Source: Macrostomum lignano (taxonomy: Eukaryota). Taken from it: a stretch of 64,000 nt of DNA. The notes beneath the pieces were generated by a model. It saw only the letters and a program-made list of their open reading frames with translations. It did no database searches and had not been told where the DNA came from. The stretch covers positions 1-64,000 of the forward strand of contig NIVC01002892.1 of NCBI GenBank assembly GCA_002269645.1, given 5' to 3'. Shown piece after piece: positions 46,061 to 60,120 of this stretch. Within the stretch, counting starts at the first letter, position 1. Each line of letters opens with the position of its first letter. A program made the position numbers and the translations under genes.

Positions 46061-46485
46061 GATCGTGAAGCTTTAATGGGTATTGTGAAGCTTTAATGGG
46101 GGCGGTTAAGCTTAACGGGCTTAAAGAGGTTTGTGAAATTTCCTGTTGATAGTGAAGACCGTAAAGTTTGTTTAGTTGCTCTAAAAATTTTGGGGCCCAA
46201 AAGTATAGATAAATTAATTTGGGGGCTTTGAAGAGTCGAAATACGTGCAGGAAAGAGAAGTCAGTGTACAGTGTGGCTATCGAAAAAGAATACAGATTGA
46301 TTGATTGCTGATAGACTGCAACACTCAGTCCATGAAGGCCTACACTACGATTTTTCTTTCAAAGTCTGCATGCATCCTGCACTATAGAAGAAAATTTTGT
46401 AGGTTTCATATATACATATTTCATATTGAAGAGATACATATGATATATATTAATATAATGCATGAATTTTAGAAAATATATACCT

Positions 46486-47415
46486 TAGTACGTCCAAAAG
46501 TTCTTAGACACCCCTTCTCCTATCTCTGCATCTGTTCAACAGATTTTTATACAAATTTACACAAATATGGGCCTATATGTAATGAATTCAATGCTAACGT
46601 TTCAGCTTAATCGGGTTGACAGAGCAAAAGCAATCGATCATTTACTGAGGAACCTACGAAATTAGCAATACGATTTTTGAAGAGCATCGAATCTGGACTC
46701 CAGTGGTGACATTGCAGCGCATTTTCTGAAAATCAATCAGCAAAATATCACTGCTTTCGCTGAGTATTGATAAATACCTTAATTGATTTAATACTAATGC
46801 AAGCTGTGAAGGTTTAGCCATAGATTAAAGAGCAAAAAAGAACGCAGAGTGCGCAGAGATTCAGATTCAGAGTCAGAAGAATCTCCGATACGATGTCTGC
46901 TTGCAACAAAGGGCGGCAATTTCAGCTCTGGGAGACGAGTTCAATCTGAGCAGATTCAGCACGCAGGATGAGTCCAAGAGGCCAGCGGTTCGCCAGCTTC
47001 CCCGAGCTGTAAGCGGCTGCTGAGGAGCTGATCAGAGCGACACCTAGGGATATGTGATCGGCGTGGATTGAGGATGAGGAGTTGCCGATGCGATACGACA
47101 AGTGCATTCGACGGAATGAAGATTCTTCTGATGATTTTCACGATTGGTGATCTGTTTTTGAAGTTCTGGAACTTGTCAGTTAGTTTGAACTGTTTGCTCG
47201 TCAACTTTTATATTTTGTTGAGTTTAAAATAGTATTGCTAATTTCGTTGGTTCCTCGGTAAATGATCGATTGCTTTTGCTCTGTCAACCCCATTAAGCTG
47301 AAACTTTAGCACTGAATTCATTACACATTGGTCCATGTTTGTGTTGATTTTTATAAAAATCGATTGAACAGATGCAGAGATAGGAAGGGTGTCTAAGAAC
47401 TTTTTGGACGCACTA
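46486..47415 (+). mobile_element. Tc1/mariner deletion derivative with ~185-bp TIRs
   Basis: TAGTACGTCCAAAAGTTCTTAGACACC...AAATTAGCAATAC mirrored by GTATTGCTAATTT...GGTGTCTAAGAACTTTTTGGACGCACTA. Internal remnant RGQRFASFPEL*AAAEEL...LPMRYDKCI resembles a transposase C-terminus. Confidence 0.8.
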
Positions 47416-47854
47416 CATTGCATGCAGGATACGCTCGTATTGGGCACAGGGCACTGCTGCACGTGGCCGGGACAGGACGCGACAGGACATACGGATCTTC
47501 GAGTGGATCATAGCCGTACACCCCACGTTCATGCCCGATTCGTTGTGTGGCATATAAAGAGCTATATAGAAATAAATGCGAGAAATTCAATCTTTTCATG
47601 CATGCCAAATGCCAAATAGCACACTTCAAAACCTGTCCATTCTAGTACGGCCTGACACTCATTCCTTCTGATATAATCCGCATATAAATGAGACTAGATT
47701 TTTAGCTGCATGCAGTTGCTATTCAAGATCAAAGAGTCGTCACAGACAAGATATGTATGTGATTGTCAGGCAGAATTTTGGGCACTTTTAATACCTGTCA
47801 GGTTAACACCTCCAATACCTGTCAGGATTGTCAGGAATGAATGACAGAAGTGAG

Positions 47855-48200
47855 TCAGTCATTGTCTGTCAGTACTGACGCCTCGCTTCTGACACTTCCA
47901 CTGTCTGTCAGTACTGACGCCTCGCTTCTGACACTTCCACTGTCTGTCAGTACTGACGCCTCGCTTCTGACACTTCCACTGTCTGTCAGTACTGACGCCT
48001 CGCTTCTGACACTTCCACTGTCTGTCAGTACTGACGCCTCGCTTCTGACACTTCCACTGTCTGTCAGTACTGACGCCTCGCTTCTGACACTTCCACTGTC
48101 TGTCAGTACTGACGCCTCGCTTCTGACACTTCCACTGTCTGTCAGTACTGACGCCTCGCTTCTGATACACACTTCCATTGTCTGTCAGTATGATGCCTTA
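47855..48200. repeat. 39-bp minisatellite CTGTCTGTCAGTACTGACGCCTCGCTTCTGACACTTCCA
   Basis: About 8 near-perfect units. Confidence 0.96.
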
Positions 48201-48999
48201 CTTCTGACAATTCCAATTTCTGTCAGGATTGAAAATTGACTCATCGCTTCTGACAGTTCCATTTTCTGTCAGGATGGACGCCTCTGACAATTTATATTGA
48301 GTACGAGCTATCAGGAATATAACGAATTATCTAATTACTTATTTGATGCATTCTGTTTGATCCAGTGATGTATGATACATTACTTTTTCGAAAGCAATGA
48401 CGCAAATAACAATTAACACTATCAACATTGTTAGCTAAGCCTAATTATAATGGATAAAAACATGCCACGATTGTCATCACACCTGCGGAAACGTATTACG
48501 GAGCGACTCCAATTCATTAAATATTTAGTTAACTTTAGGTACCGCAATGTAACAAAATCCTCACTACTTGAAGTAGATGCTCGTACTTTTCAATGAATAG
48601 ACGAAATCGCCATTCCCCAGCAATAAATCAGTTCGTTAAGTATAGTTCAGGGTTTTTTATGCTCTTCAAAGCAAGGCGGCTTCATTAACAAAAAGAAATT
48701 GTTTAGCTCAATAATGAGAGCTCAATCTTGAATCCTTGAGCACACACTGCAAACTTTGCCAAGCCAGCACAGCCCCATGAGATTTCGCTAGTCAAAAAAA
48801 TTGGCTAAGGGTCTCATGTGCCCCAATTCCCGGATATGGTTACTTTGCAAGCAATTGGATCGCTCTGTTTGAGCATCACAGGACTCTGATGCATTATCTA
48901 TATTTTTTAAACTATTAATTTTATGCTGTAGCAATTCTTCCTACACCATTAAATTGACGACGCCACGTTGCCACTGTCTTTTTAACCTATTTTCGCATA

Positions 49000-50450
49000 T
49001 TCAACTCGCCTTATCAGTATCACACACACGGGGGAGGCCTCCTTTTCCCTCGAATCGTCCTCCTGTCCCAACGCCTTTCCTTCGATTGCTTACTTTGCTT
49101 TAGGTTTAGGTTTAGACCCGTCGACTAAAGCGCAAATTCCGCAGTAGACAGACAGAGCGGGAGGGGTAGAGAAGGAGTCCTGTCTCCCTTACCGAATTCC
49201 CCACTCCGCTCCGTCCCGGGAGGGGGCAGGCGATTGGGGAGGGGGAGCGGGTGGCCTTCGCGCGCGCAGGCCACACGCGCAAGCTCGTTCCTAGCTGCGA
49301 GGGCTCGTCGGTTTGCCTCGTTCAGTCTTTTTTCTATCCAGCCCGGTTTTACCCTTCCTACACAAGCCTTTTCTCTCTCGCTCCGCAGCTGTTTACTTTG
49401 GTTGGCTTGCCAAACCCACCTCCCCAACACACTAAAGCCTTCACACGCAGCCCCCTCCTTTACTTGGCTTCCTTCCTTTTTTCACATATCCATGCCAACC
49501 CGCCTGCGTTCCCTCCCCCCGCCCCGCCCTGCGCTCACTTCCCGGTCTGTCAGGGGAGCCTGCAAGAGGGCTGCAATGTGGGTGGCGTGGTGAGAGAGGG
49601 AGGGCTGACCGTGTGTTTGGATGAAGGCGGAGTGGGGTGGGGCGGAGCGGGCTAGGGGCCTTTGGAACGAAGAATATTTTGGAAAGCTCTTCTGTATTCA
49701 CTAAATTCAAGCCCCGCAGCTTTTTGGCCAACGAGGTTGGGGGTTGGTTGGCCCAGTCCCTCCAAACTAATTGGCAAAAGCCCCCCTCACTCGCATAGCC
49801 ACCCTCTCCTATCTGTCTACCCCTCTCCTGGGTCAACCACCCCATTTCTCTCATTCGCTTGCTCCGGCAAAATCTCGCTAGCGTCCTACACCCACAATTT
49901 TTCTACCCCCGCCCCGCCCCGACAGCGCCAGCCATCGCGTCAATAAACTTGTTTCAAGTCTAAGGGTCTAAATGTGCGTTCAGAGCCCGCCAGGCTCTCG
50001 CGCCACCCACCCCAACCGCCACGACGGCAGAGCAGCCAACCAAAATTCTCCACCGCCTTGAAGGACGAACCGGCCCCCCGCTTTGGCCCGTGGAGCGCCC
50101 GCTGAGACCCAATTGGGCTTGGGTTGAAGGAGAGCCGCAACGAAAATTTGTGGAAAAGGCAGTGGAAGGGGGGTTGACGGTGAAATAAAGGGTTGGACCA
50201 CCCACCCCCACTTTCTCACCCCTCCCCAAGCGGTACCCACCCCTCCCCGGTTCTACCCTTCATATAGGCGTTCACTGGCCCTATTGATTTTATTCAGCCC
50301 GCCAGAGTCTCACCAAAGCACACCGCACACACCGGCCCAGTGTAGGCAGAGAGAGGCACGGCACGCCAAGCCCCCTTTTAGCATTAGGCCTGCTGCCTCG
50401 AAGATTTTAGTTAAGCCTCCTTTCCCCCATTTTTATTCTCCTTGATTTTA
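49000..50450. promoter_or_regulatory. GC/CpG-rich, G-tract-rich region upstream of the CBX gene (possible promoter / 5' UTR)
   Basis: GC-box-like GGGGCGG / CCCCGCCC motifs and position upstream of the ATG at 50561; function inferred only. Confidence 0.3.
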
Positions 50451-50560
50451 GTATTAGGTGATTCGTTTATATTTTTATCTTAAAAGACGACCCTAAATAA
50501 ATTTGTCCAAGTTCTATTTTCTCCGATTCGACTGCTGTAGAGAATATAACAATCAGCATC

Positions 50561-53500
50561 ATGAGCGACGTTTACAGCGCTGACAGACTGCTAGACAAGC
50601 GAGTTCGTTCAGTAAGTTTCATTACGCTCGTATGACTGCGTATACTTTATTATTTTCTGCTTTAATTTGTTTTTGACACTGATTTTGTCTATCGGTTTTA
50701 CGTTTCATTATTATATGAGGTTAAAATGTGATCCAAAAAAGAAGAAAAATTGCAACAAGTTACGCAACACAGTACAGTACAGCATCGGCATTCGGTCGGC
50801 ATCCAAACTCTACTCTAGTCTGCTTTTTAGAAAGGATCTGATCCTATTCCTAATGCGGGACTTTGTCACGTCCCATACATTTTACCGACCTGTCTGTTTC
50901 AAGCCTGCATCTGTAGTGAAAGGGGGCCCCACGTAATGGGAGACTGGAATAGGAACGATGAAGTATGTTGCAGAATGTTCTAGCAGGAGCAGCAAATAGC
51001 GGCCAGAAGAACAAAGAAATTCGTATGGGGTCCTTGTTCTCCTAGACCCGAACTTGTTCCGCTTGGTGCTTCAGTTATATAGGCCTATGTAACCCCCTGC
51101 GGCTTTCCATTTTGTTTATTCAGGCCCACCCTTATAGACAGAACTGTCCGTCCCTCCATGTTCTGGGACTTAGAGCCGCTAGGTCCCCTTGTTCGCATGA
51201 CTATCTATTTATCTCCATCATTCATCAATGTTCGAACCTCCGAGCTCCGATCTGCAGCGAAGTGATTGGAGCGTGGTAAATTCGGAATTCTCAGCAGTCC
51301 TTGTTGAAATCGATATCGATGCATCCAATCTCGTCATAATTATTTATTGTGTTCACGTATTTTTTAATATAGTGTCTGCATTATGGCATACACTCTGCAC
51401 ACTCGTTCACTTCAGGACCAGGTCTAAATCTCGTTCCTTTTTTGAGTTGTTGCCAGTCAGTTGCCACAAACGCACACGAATGAAAGGGAAAGGGGAAGAC
51501 TGAAGGGGGGCGCGGGCAGGGGACGGAGGGGGATAGGGGACTAAGAGAGTAGAGTACATCTCTACCCCTCCCCGATCCCGAACGTGCATTGCATGCCTTC
51601 CCTTCCTCAACTTCGGTTCCGAAGCCTCCCCTCGGCCTCAGCTCACCCCTGCTCAATGCAGCTCACAGACAGACGGGCTGGGAGGCAATGGGAGTTTGAG
51701 CTGTAGTAGGCTTGGGATTTCGAGTATACATTTAGGAGAGAACTGCAGAGGGAATGAAGGAAGTCCCCGTGCTGTGGGGACAGCTTAAAGAGTAAGCTCT
51801 GTATGGACCCTCCATTCGCCTATAATATCCTTCAGTTCCTAGAATTTCACTTTCTCGTATATTTTGTCAACGCATATATAGTATTCATTAGTATAGTATA
51901 GTGTATATAATATAGTATAGTTCTGTTAATTGTCTATTGGAAAGGAATTTTTAAGTGCCAGGTGCCCGGTGCCCGGGGACTGATTGTCACAGGGTGGGGG
52001 TGAATGGATGGGTCCGGTTCGTATATAGTCAGTCTGTTTAGAGTGTAGAAACTCCCTCCTCCATTTTGTGTTGATGTGCGCGCATACCCCTGGTGTGTGG
52101 TGCGGTTACGTCATCGCCACCCAGCCGGAGCTTTTCACGTTGGCTTGCACGCATTGAAATTCATTTTATTGTATTTAGTTCCGAACTTAGTTTCGAACTT
52201 CTGCCCTTGGGTCTCTCCTCTCCCCTCCCCTGCGAACCACCGCAGACCCTATTTAGTGTATAGGAGCCAGAACTGTGTGTGTGGCATAGCCATAGGGATA
52301 GCTTCAGACAGATTGCATCATTCACCAGGCCGCGAACACCCACAGCTGGGCCCAGCCCCCTCTGCCCCCAGTCCATATATGTATAATATCCCTTTTCTAA
52401 TTCCACCCCCTCTCCTCTCCGAATCAAGTTCGACGCCTAACAGCTGGGCAAGTCCTGTCTATGGCCAATATATCTGTGTTTTTTCATATGTAGGTATAGA
52501 TTGAATTGCTGCTCACAGTACACGATTCCCTAGCCTGGGTGATGACGCCTTAAACACAGCTTCTCGGCTGGCCAAAATTTCGCTTTGTTCCCCGCATGCC
52601 GTATCTCACTTTCACCTGTCATGGTTCGACTGGTTCTGTCTGTTCTGTTTCATTTCTGTCTGTTTGCTTAGAAATAATACTTCAGTTTTCTCGTTCACGT
52701 TAAATCGCTTCACTTTTCCCTCTCTTTCTCCCCTCTCTCTTATCCCCCACTGGCTGACTTCTCCCATTGTTTCGTTCACCCAATTTCCGTTCCAACCGTT
52801 AGATTTTCAACACTCATTCTCCCCTGGATATTGTATAAGTAGGAAGGACTCTACCCAATAGGGTGGCTTAGCTTTATGGATTCTACAAGTGAAAAAATTA
52901 AATGAAATGAAAACTGACAAAGAAAGCGGTTTTAAGGAAACGGAAATCGGGGGAAAAATTGGGACTAACCCTATTTCTATTTTCTACAGTCTCGATGATG
53001 CATGCACAGTTTCCTATTTAAAAACAAGCATAGTAATGCTGCTCTGTGTATAGTGGCTTCATGGGAGGCAAAGCGTCACCACGAGGGGGGGGTCAGCTGA
53101 CTACCTCTCAAGATATTTCAAATCTAGCTATAGATTCGTGAGTAGCGGCTAATATCCAATATCCCAAAGAAACATCCCGGGAGGAGCCTCTGTCGCACGA
53201 ATGAAGTACATTTATTTTAGATGCCATTAGAATAAATAACTCCCGTATATATAATCATATACTCATGAGGGATTCGTGCCCACACAGAAGCAGTCGAGTT
53301 CTTCCTATATATTGCTATCTAATGAGACTTCGCCCCGTCCTCGTGGGACGTGGGAGCTGATAGAACAGCCTTACCTCATCAAGCCATTGGGCTCTCTCTG
53401 TTGTCTTCTCATTTACCTCTCAGCTGATGCTGTATAGGCGAGCTTCTCTTCTCCTCTTCGGAAATCTCCCTTGATCCTATCGATCCGCCTTCCGTGCATG

Positions 53501-56500
53501 CCTTCTATAATCTATAGTAGACTTATATAACTGACTGACCAAGTTTGAGTCATCATTCATTATCAATTTAACTGGAACATCGATTCTTTCCTACTTTAGG
53601 CTATGGCTCCATTAATGCTTTTCAAATCTAGTTTATTTACTGATTTATTAAAAATATAATTCCCATTAATAATCAATATCAATGTTTATATTCTCTTTTG
53701 CTCACGCAGGGTCGCACAGAGTACCTGGTAAAATGGAAAGGCTGGTCGGTCAAGTAAGTGAACAATGTTTATTATACCTGTTTAAATGCTGTTGCTATGC
53801 TAATAATAACCAAAATTCATATATTTGTTTGTTTTAATTTTTTTCAACAGGGACAGCACCTGGGAACCGGAGAAAAACATTCTGGACAAACGACTGATTC
53901 AAGAGTTCAATAAGTAAGATTTTTTACAATAAATAGTTCAATATCACGTGTTTATTGCATGCTATGTATGAGTCTGGTGACGTCACTAGCTAGCTCGGGA
54001 CACAGATTGAACGAATAATTGAATCCCATTTGGTGATTGTATAGTTAAACAGTTTCACTGTTTCTTTCGAATTTATAGTTGCTAAGGGAACTTGGTTGCC
54101 TATTTCGCCTCGAGATATATTTCCCTATTTTTAGTCCTCTATTATGCATAGTATAGTATGCATAGCTAAAGATCGATTTCCACCCTCTGCCCGTCTCCCA
54201 GACATCCATCCCCTCGTGGCCCCGACTCCCCTAGATCGGCGGGGTCCAGGTTGAGAGCGAAACTCTAAACTAACAATGGGTGAGGCCGAGTGGCGGCCCT
54301 AAGTCTCGGGTTACCAACCAACCAAGCCAGCCAACCAAACCGTGCAAACCCGCATAACATATAAGAGAGGTGAGCTGAATGAGAATTGTGTCATGGCTAA
54401 TGAGTGCTGTTCTCCGGCTACAGATGCTTTCTCCGGCTCCGGCTACAGATACAGATGCTTTAAAAAGTCATTAAATTAGATGCAGGTAGGCAGATAGGTA
54501 AGGCTAAGTTATAGTACAGATTCCTTATCTAAGCAGTAGGCTCCAACTTCTCAGTGGGTGGTCGGCCAAATCATCCCTTATCCCTTCCCTGTACCCCAAG
54601 ATCCTATAATTCCTATCCCGTGTTCCTTATCTTTCTTAGAATCCTCTCACCAAATCCACCTATTTTTGGACAGCGCTCTGACTTTGCGCAAATATGGGGA
54701 GGGAGGCCTTTGGAGCTTTTTTATCTGCTGTACAACATCTTTTAAAGTCGTCAATTCTTTTGCCTCTTTGAATTTCCTGCAAACACTGAGACAGCTTGTA
54801 AAGCCTTGCTATGCCTTAGAATAGAGTATTCTCTGAGGCTTGGGCGGCTGGTATTCCTCCATTTCATCTATTATTATTATATGTAGATTGCATAGAATTG
54901 GATAGGAATTGTGCTGCGTCCAATTTTTCTATGTATTGGCAGCCATTTTTCTTCTGCTTCTGCTTTTGCTTTTACGCTCAAAGAAAAAAGAAATGAATGC
55001 AGGAGGAGTTGGCAAAAAAGCAAGACGAGGGAACGACTAAGCCTAAGTATCACGAATTCAATTAGCGAGTCAGTCTGGCTGTGGGAGAATAACAAGGATG
55101 GGGATATTATTAGAGCTTTTGGTTCCTTTGCTTAGAGAGGAGCCGGTCCCTATCCCAGCTGAGCTTGCTAATGAAATGTGAGCGCTGACGGTTTTAGGGT
55201 TCGAGCTAGATACAGGATCTAGATAAGGAGCCCAGCCCGGTCCTGAGTTGGGACTCGGGTGGGGAGGATCTGGGATAAATTGGGATTCAGCTAGGAGGAT
55301 CTGGGATAAATTGGGATTCAGATATGAGGATCTGGGATAAATTGGGATTCAGCTAGGAGGATCTGGGATAAATTGGGATTCAGATATGAGGATCTGGGAT
55401 AAATTGGGATTCAGATATGAGAATCTTGGGATAAATTGGTATTCAGCTAGCAGGATTTGGGATAAATTGGGATTCAACTAGGAGGATCTTGGGATAAATT
55501 GGGATTCGACTAGGAAGATCTGAGACTCAGATCTGGATCAAGTGCTAGTTTGGGTAGGTACATTTGAGATGCACTTGAGGTTTAGCTGGAAGATCTTCTG
55601 GAAGAAGTTAGTGCAACATCATCTCCACTATTCCAGGAAGCTGCATCAGAAGCAGCAGGACTCCAGCAGTGCCAGCACTAGCGCCAGCAGTGCTAGCAGC
55701 AGCGCAGAAGACAGCAGCGCTGAAAGCAGCGGCAGCAGCGACAGCAGCAGCGACAGTGTCGATAGCCCCGAAGCTCCACCATCACCAGTACCTCCGCCTC
55801 CGCCGCCGACAGCAGCGACGAAGTCAAAGGCGGCCCTGCAGAAGCAGAAGAGCACCAGATTGCCCTCCAAGCCCTCTCCAGTTGGCAGCGTTGGCAAGCG
55901 CCTGGCCAGCAAGCTGGGCATCCGGGGCAGGAGAGTCTTCCCCACCGGCTGGCCCCGCAAGCTGCACAAGCCATCAAACCTGGCCGCCCCGTCCGCCGCA
56001 AAATCTGGCAAGCTGCAAAAGCAGACAACAGCGGGTGAGGCGGAGAAGCAGCAAAAGCAATCAGTTGCGGCTTCTTCGTCGGCTGCTAAGACTAAGCCGG
56101 CAGCGGCAACTGCCACCAAAACAAAGAATCCGAGCCTTGTTGACCAGGAGCAGCAAACTGTTGCAGCAGCATCAGCCGCGTCTGCTGCTTCTACGTCGGG
56201 TAAAACGACAGAAACTTCAACTGCGCCTAGCAACGATCAGAACGTGAGTGCGAGTCTCTGGCTACATTAGTTAGTCAAAAAGTTTTCGTGTCTAAGGCTG
56301 CTTACTCCGTGACGTAATAAATAAATTTAGTCAGGCACAAGGCGGCCTTTGTGACCACTCGGCTTAGTCCAAGCCTCTCCGCACATGGCATCACAATGCC
56401 CACTTCCTTACTCATTATTCTGCCCAGCGATGGCTCTGTGATCGGCATTGAAATTCAAGAGGAATTTCGCAGGCCGCGTGCTTGCCACTCAATTCTGTCA

Positions 56501-58960
56501 GCTCCTATGGCTCTTATGGACCATTCTCTCTAGGCTGGGCCTTCCACTTGACCAGACCCTCACTGCCCCGGTGCAGAATAATGAGAATTGAGAATCGCTG
56601 GCCAGTATAATTCCATAGCCGCAACCTTTTGCACTTTTATGTTGTAGGAGAGGCCCAAACTGCTGCTCACAATACCAAAAAGCTGCTTGGCCCACGTGTC
56701 CGAGGCCGGCCCAGCTTCCGAGGCAGATGACGAAGACTATGATGAAGAAGCCGAGGAGCCAGACTCCGAGGTAAGCAGCACGCCCAAGCAGCAGCAGCAG
56801 CAGCAAACCCACGTCAGCCGCTTCCTGCGCAAGGAGCGTCTCGGCGTTGGCGACAGCGGCAGCGACCCCGAGGCCAGCAGCTCCGAGTCGCCCGAGCGTG
56901 CCCGATGCGCTACGCCGCGCGGCGCGGACGCCTCAGCCCACTCGCTGAAGGTGTCGCCCCTAGTGGTGAAGCGCGACAGCCACGGCGGCGGCACAATCCG
57001 GCGCAAATCCGAGTTGCTTCGCTCCGCAGTCGAGGTCAACAACAACAGCGACGCCGAGGTTGCAGCCAAAGCCGCCGACAGTGTCGAAGAGGAAGAGAAA
57101 CCGAGAGATTCGTCTGAGAACAGCGGCGTCCGCGGAGATGAAGCTGCCGCCAGCCTCCTGCCGGAGCGGCTGGCCGCACAGTCTGTGCATCACCAACAGG
57201 AGCAGCAGCAGAAGACAGCGACCTGCGCAACTCTAGCATCAGCCTCTAGCAGTGGGAACAAATTCAGCAGCCTGCTGAAACGGAAGCGCGGCAGGCCCAA
57301 GGGCAGCAAAAACCGGTTTAAGAGGCAGCCGCCAACTAGGCCTGATCCGCCCGTCAAGGTGCCGCAGGAGCTCATCGGCGTTGCCACGGTGCTGCCGCCG
57401 CTGGCTAGACGAGATGCATTCGGCCGCATCGTGCTCACCCAGGTGCGTGTCAATGGCCTGGACGTCCTGTTCAGGGAGGCGCCTGAGCCTGCGGGATTCT
57501 TCGGGACCGAAGAGGAGAGTCAGGAGCTGGTTAAGCAGCAGGATGAGAATCTGACGCTGTTAAAGGAGGCTGCAGTTGATGATGAAGCGCCTAGCAACAA
57601 GCCGCAGCAGCAGCAACAGACTGAACAACCTGTAACGGAAACTTTAACGAAAGAAGCCGAGCCAAATGTCCCAGCGGGGCCGACAGTTGAATCTGCAGCG
57701 CCATCACCCGCGCCAACGCCAGTTGAGGCGCCCGAATCGGCAGAGCAGCCAATCACCGTGTCGGTATCGCCGCTGGCCGCTCCGCCGGCCGCCACGGAGG
57801 AGTCGCAACCGGCCAGCCCTAAGAAGAAGCGCAAGCCGGATCACCCGGTCAAAAAGTCGCCGCGCCCACCGCCACCCCCGCCGCCGCCTCCGCAGTGCCA
57901 GCAGCGGCCGCCGCCTGTTGCCAGTCCGCCATCTGCATTGCGTCTGGACGAGCCGCCAACTGATGCTGCTGATGTGGGCAGCGCCTGCGGCTCCCAGGAC
58001 GGCGACCACATCCCCCTACCGACTGGGTCGCTGCCCGCGACCACCACTGCCGGCGAGACTGATACTGTCAGCCCGGCATCCGACGACGCGGTCGCAAGCG
58101 ATGAGGACGACAAGCCGCTACTGATCGACCTGAACCAGCAGCAGGCCGCGCCGGAGCCCCCGGCAATCTGGCCAGCGGCCAAAGCGGAACTCCAGCGGCT
58201 TCCTGCGGCGCCAGCACAGTCGCTGCGGCCTCCGCCTCCACGACCGCCACCGCCGCCGCCACCGCCGCCGCATGTGCAGCAACAGCAGCCCGTGAAGCCA
58301 GCAAAGCAGCCGGCCAAATCGAAGCCTGCAACGAAGCAGCTGCCGTCTCCGCTGCCGCCAATGCCAGCTCAGCACCAGCAGGTCTCCGAACTCAGCAGCA
58401 AGAAGCCGCAGCAGCAGCAGCAGCAACAACAAAAGAAAAGGCCTCACGTGGCTTCTTCCGCTGCGCTTCCTTCCTGCATCCCTCCGTCATCAGCCGCCAG
58501 CAAAATGGCCAGAGTCTACCACAGCCAGCAGCAGGCCAGCTACCACCTGCAACAGCAGCAGCAAGCGGCAGCGGCCGCGGCTGCAGCAGCAGCGGCGGCG
58601 TCTCAGTTCCCTGCCGGACACCTCATCAGTCCGTATCCGCCTCCGCTGACCCCCGCCCACGCCTACTCGCTGTATTATCCCTACGCCTTCCTGCCGCAGC
58701 ACCCGCCTGCCTATCCGTTTGCGCACCACCACCTCGCCGCTCAGCATCATCACCATCACTCTGCTGCCGCCGCTGCCGGCCTGCCGATGGCTGCGGCTGC
58801 TGCTGCCGCCGCGGCCGCGACCTCCGGCTGCGACTCGACTCGGCCGGCTAGCGACGACTTTGTCCGGCCGATGGACCTCAGCCTGGCCCAGCAACAACAA
58901 CAGCAGCAGCTGCATCATCACCACCATCCGCAGGCCAGGTCACAGCACCGGCCCAGGTGA
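50561..58960 (+). CDS. CBX: Polycomb / CBX family chromodomain protein; exons 50561-50611, 53710-53753, 53851-53913, 55637-56243, 56648-58960 (about 1025 aa)
   Basis: Spliced chromodomain MSDVYSADRLLDKRVRS|GRTEYLVKWKGWSV(K)|DSTWEPEKNILDKRLIQEFN; AT-hook KRKRGRPKG; Pc-box-like RIVLTQVRVNGLDVLFREAPEPAGFF. All introns GT-AG and phase-consistent (3078 nt). Exact paralogue not assignable. Confidence 0.88.
55265..55520. repeat. 31-bp minisatellite CTGGGATAAATTGGGATTCAGCTAGGAGGAT in CBX intron 3
   Basis: About 8 units, close to the acceptor site. Confidence 0.9.
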
Positions 58961-59844
58961 CAGTCCTTTACCCCCTGCCGCCTTCCCCTCGCCCAAGCCG
59001 CATTCCATCCTGTGAGGAGGATTGCCCTCCTTAAAAAGCAGCAGATATTGTGTACATAAACTAGAAATGCATCTTTGCATTGATGTAATTCTGCAGTTAG
59101 TATTTGCTCAGCCAGTATTGATTGTATTGATTTTGGCGAGTCTCTATTATCGCAAGTCTAAATTTAATATAGTATGTAAATAGCGCAGGATTATCCATAC
59201 ATAGGGTATATGCATTAAGTATTAATTCCAACATGTGTGCGTCCTCTTATTAATTAATCGATTTGTATTCATTTCTCAACTTTTTTTGGCTTGTCCTGTT
59301 AAATGCAATCAATTCAGACATTTTTAGTAACTGTTGTAATTCCTGTGCGCAGATGAAGAAGTTCTATCAAAATTTAATATCAACTGCACCCAGTGTGAAT
59401 GTATATTTACAACTTTTATCCTTCGATATTTACACATTAGAAATCGCAACCAATCTCTGCCATTGTACGAGCTATGCCGACATTCGCAACTTTCACCTGT
59501 CTGCAGTTATGAATAATTAATAATTAAGGTTCACTTCCGCGTTGCTGTACATTGTACATACAAACTGCATGCCTCAGAGCATGACTTTATGCGTTTAACC
59601 GTGCATACTGATCTATTATAATATAATCTAATATAAATATATAAGTCAGCTAAAATTGCATTCATTCGACAGAATGAAATCGAATTTAATCCCTTCAATG
59701 GCTAGTCAGTTCAGTAATAAATTGATTCCTTTGAAGTCTTTTGTGTGTTATATTATTTTTTATAAACAACTTGCCCGTGTCTATTTTCTCAGGGAGCGCA
59801 ACATCTATGTTTATCCCATTTTTCCTATTCGCCTGGTTGATTTG

Positions 59845-60120
59845 GTCCAGCAAACTCCGGCCCCCAAAGCTCTCTATCACAACCTCGGGTCCTTTAAAAC
59901 TCCAATAGCAATCCGGCCCGCTCAATGTTTCTCTTCTTAGCTCTCTTCTCTCTTCTTTCTTCTCTCCTCTTCTCTCGCCCCTCACTCCCTTCCTCTCTTT
60001 CTCTGTCTTCTTTCCTTGTATCTCTCAACTCCCCTCTCGCCTCTCCTCTCCTCTCATCACATCTCTTTCCTTCCTATTCGCTCTTCTCTCTCCCCTCTTC
60101 TTTGTACTTGGCCTGCAGCC
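59845..60120 (+). mobile_element. Partial copy of the hAT/Buster CT-core MITE family
   Basis: GCAAACTCCGGCCC...GTCCTTTAAAAC...AATAGC...CGGCCCGCTCAATGTTT followed by a CT tract, matching 39030-39130. Confidence 0.7.

Noticed and set aside
49098-49115. TTTAGG and TTAGGG runs as interstitial telomere (also ~3980)
   Set aside because: Only 2-3 imperfect units
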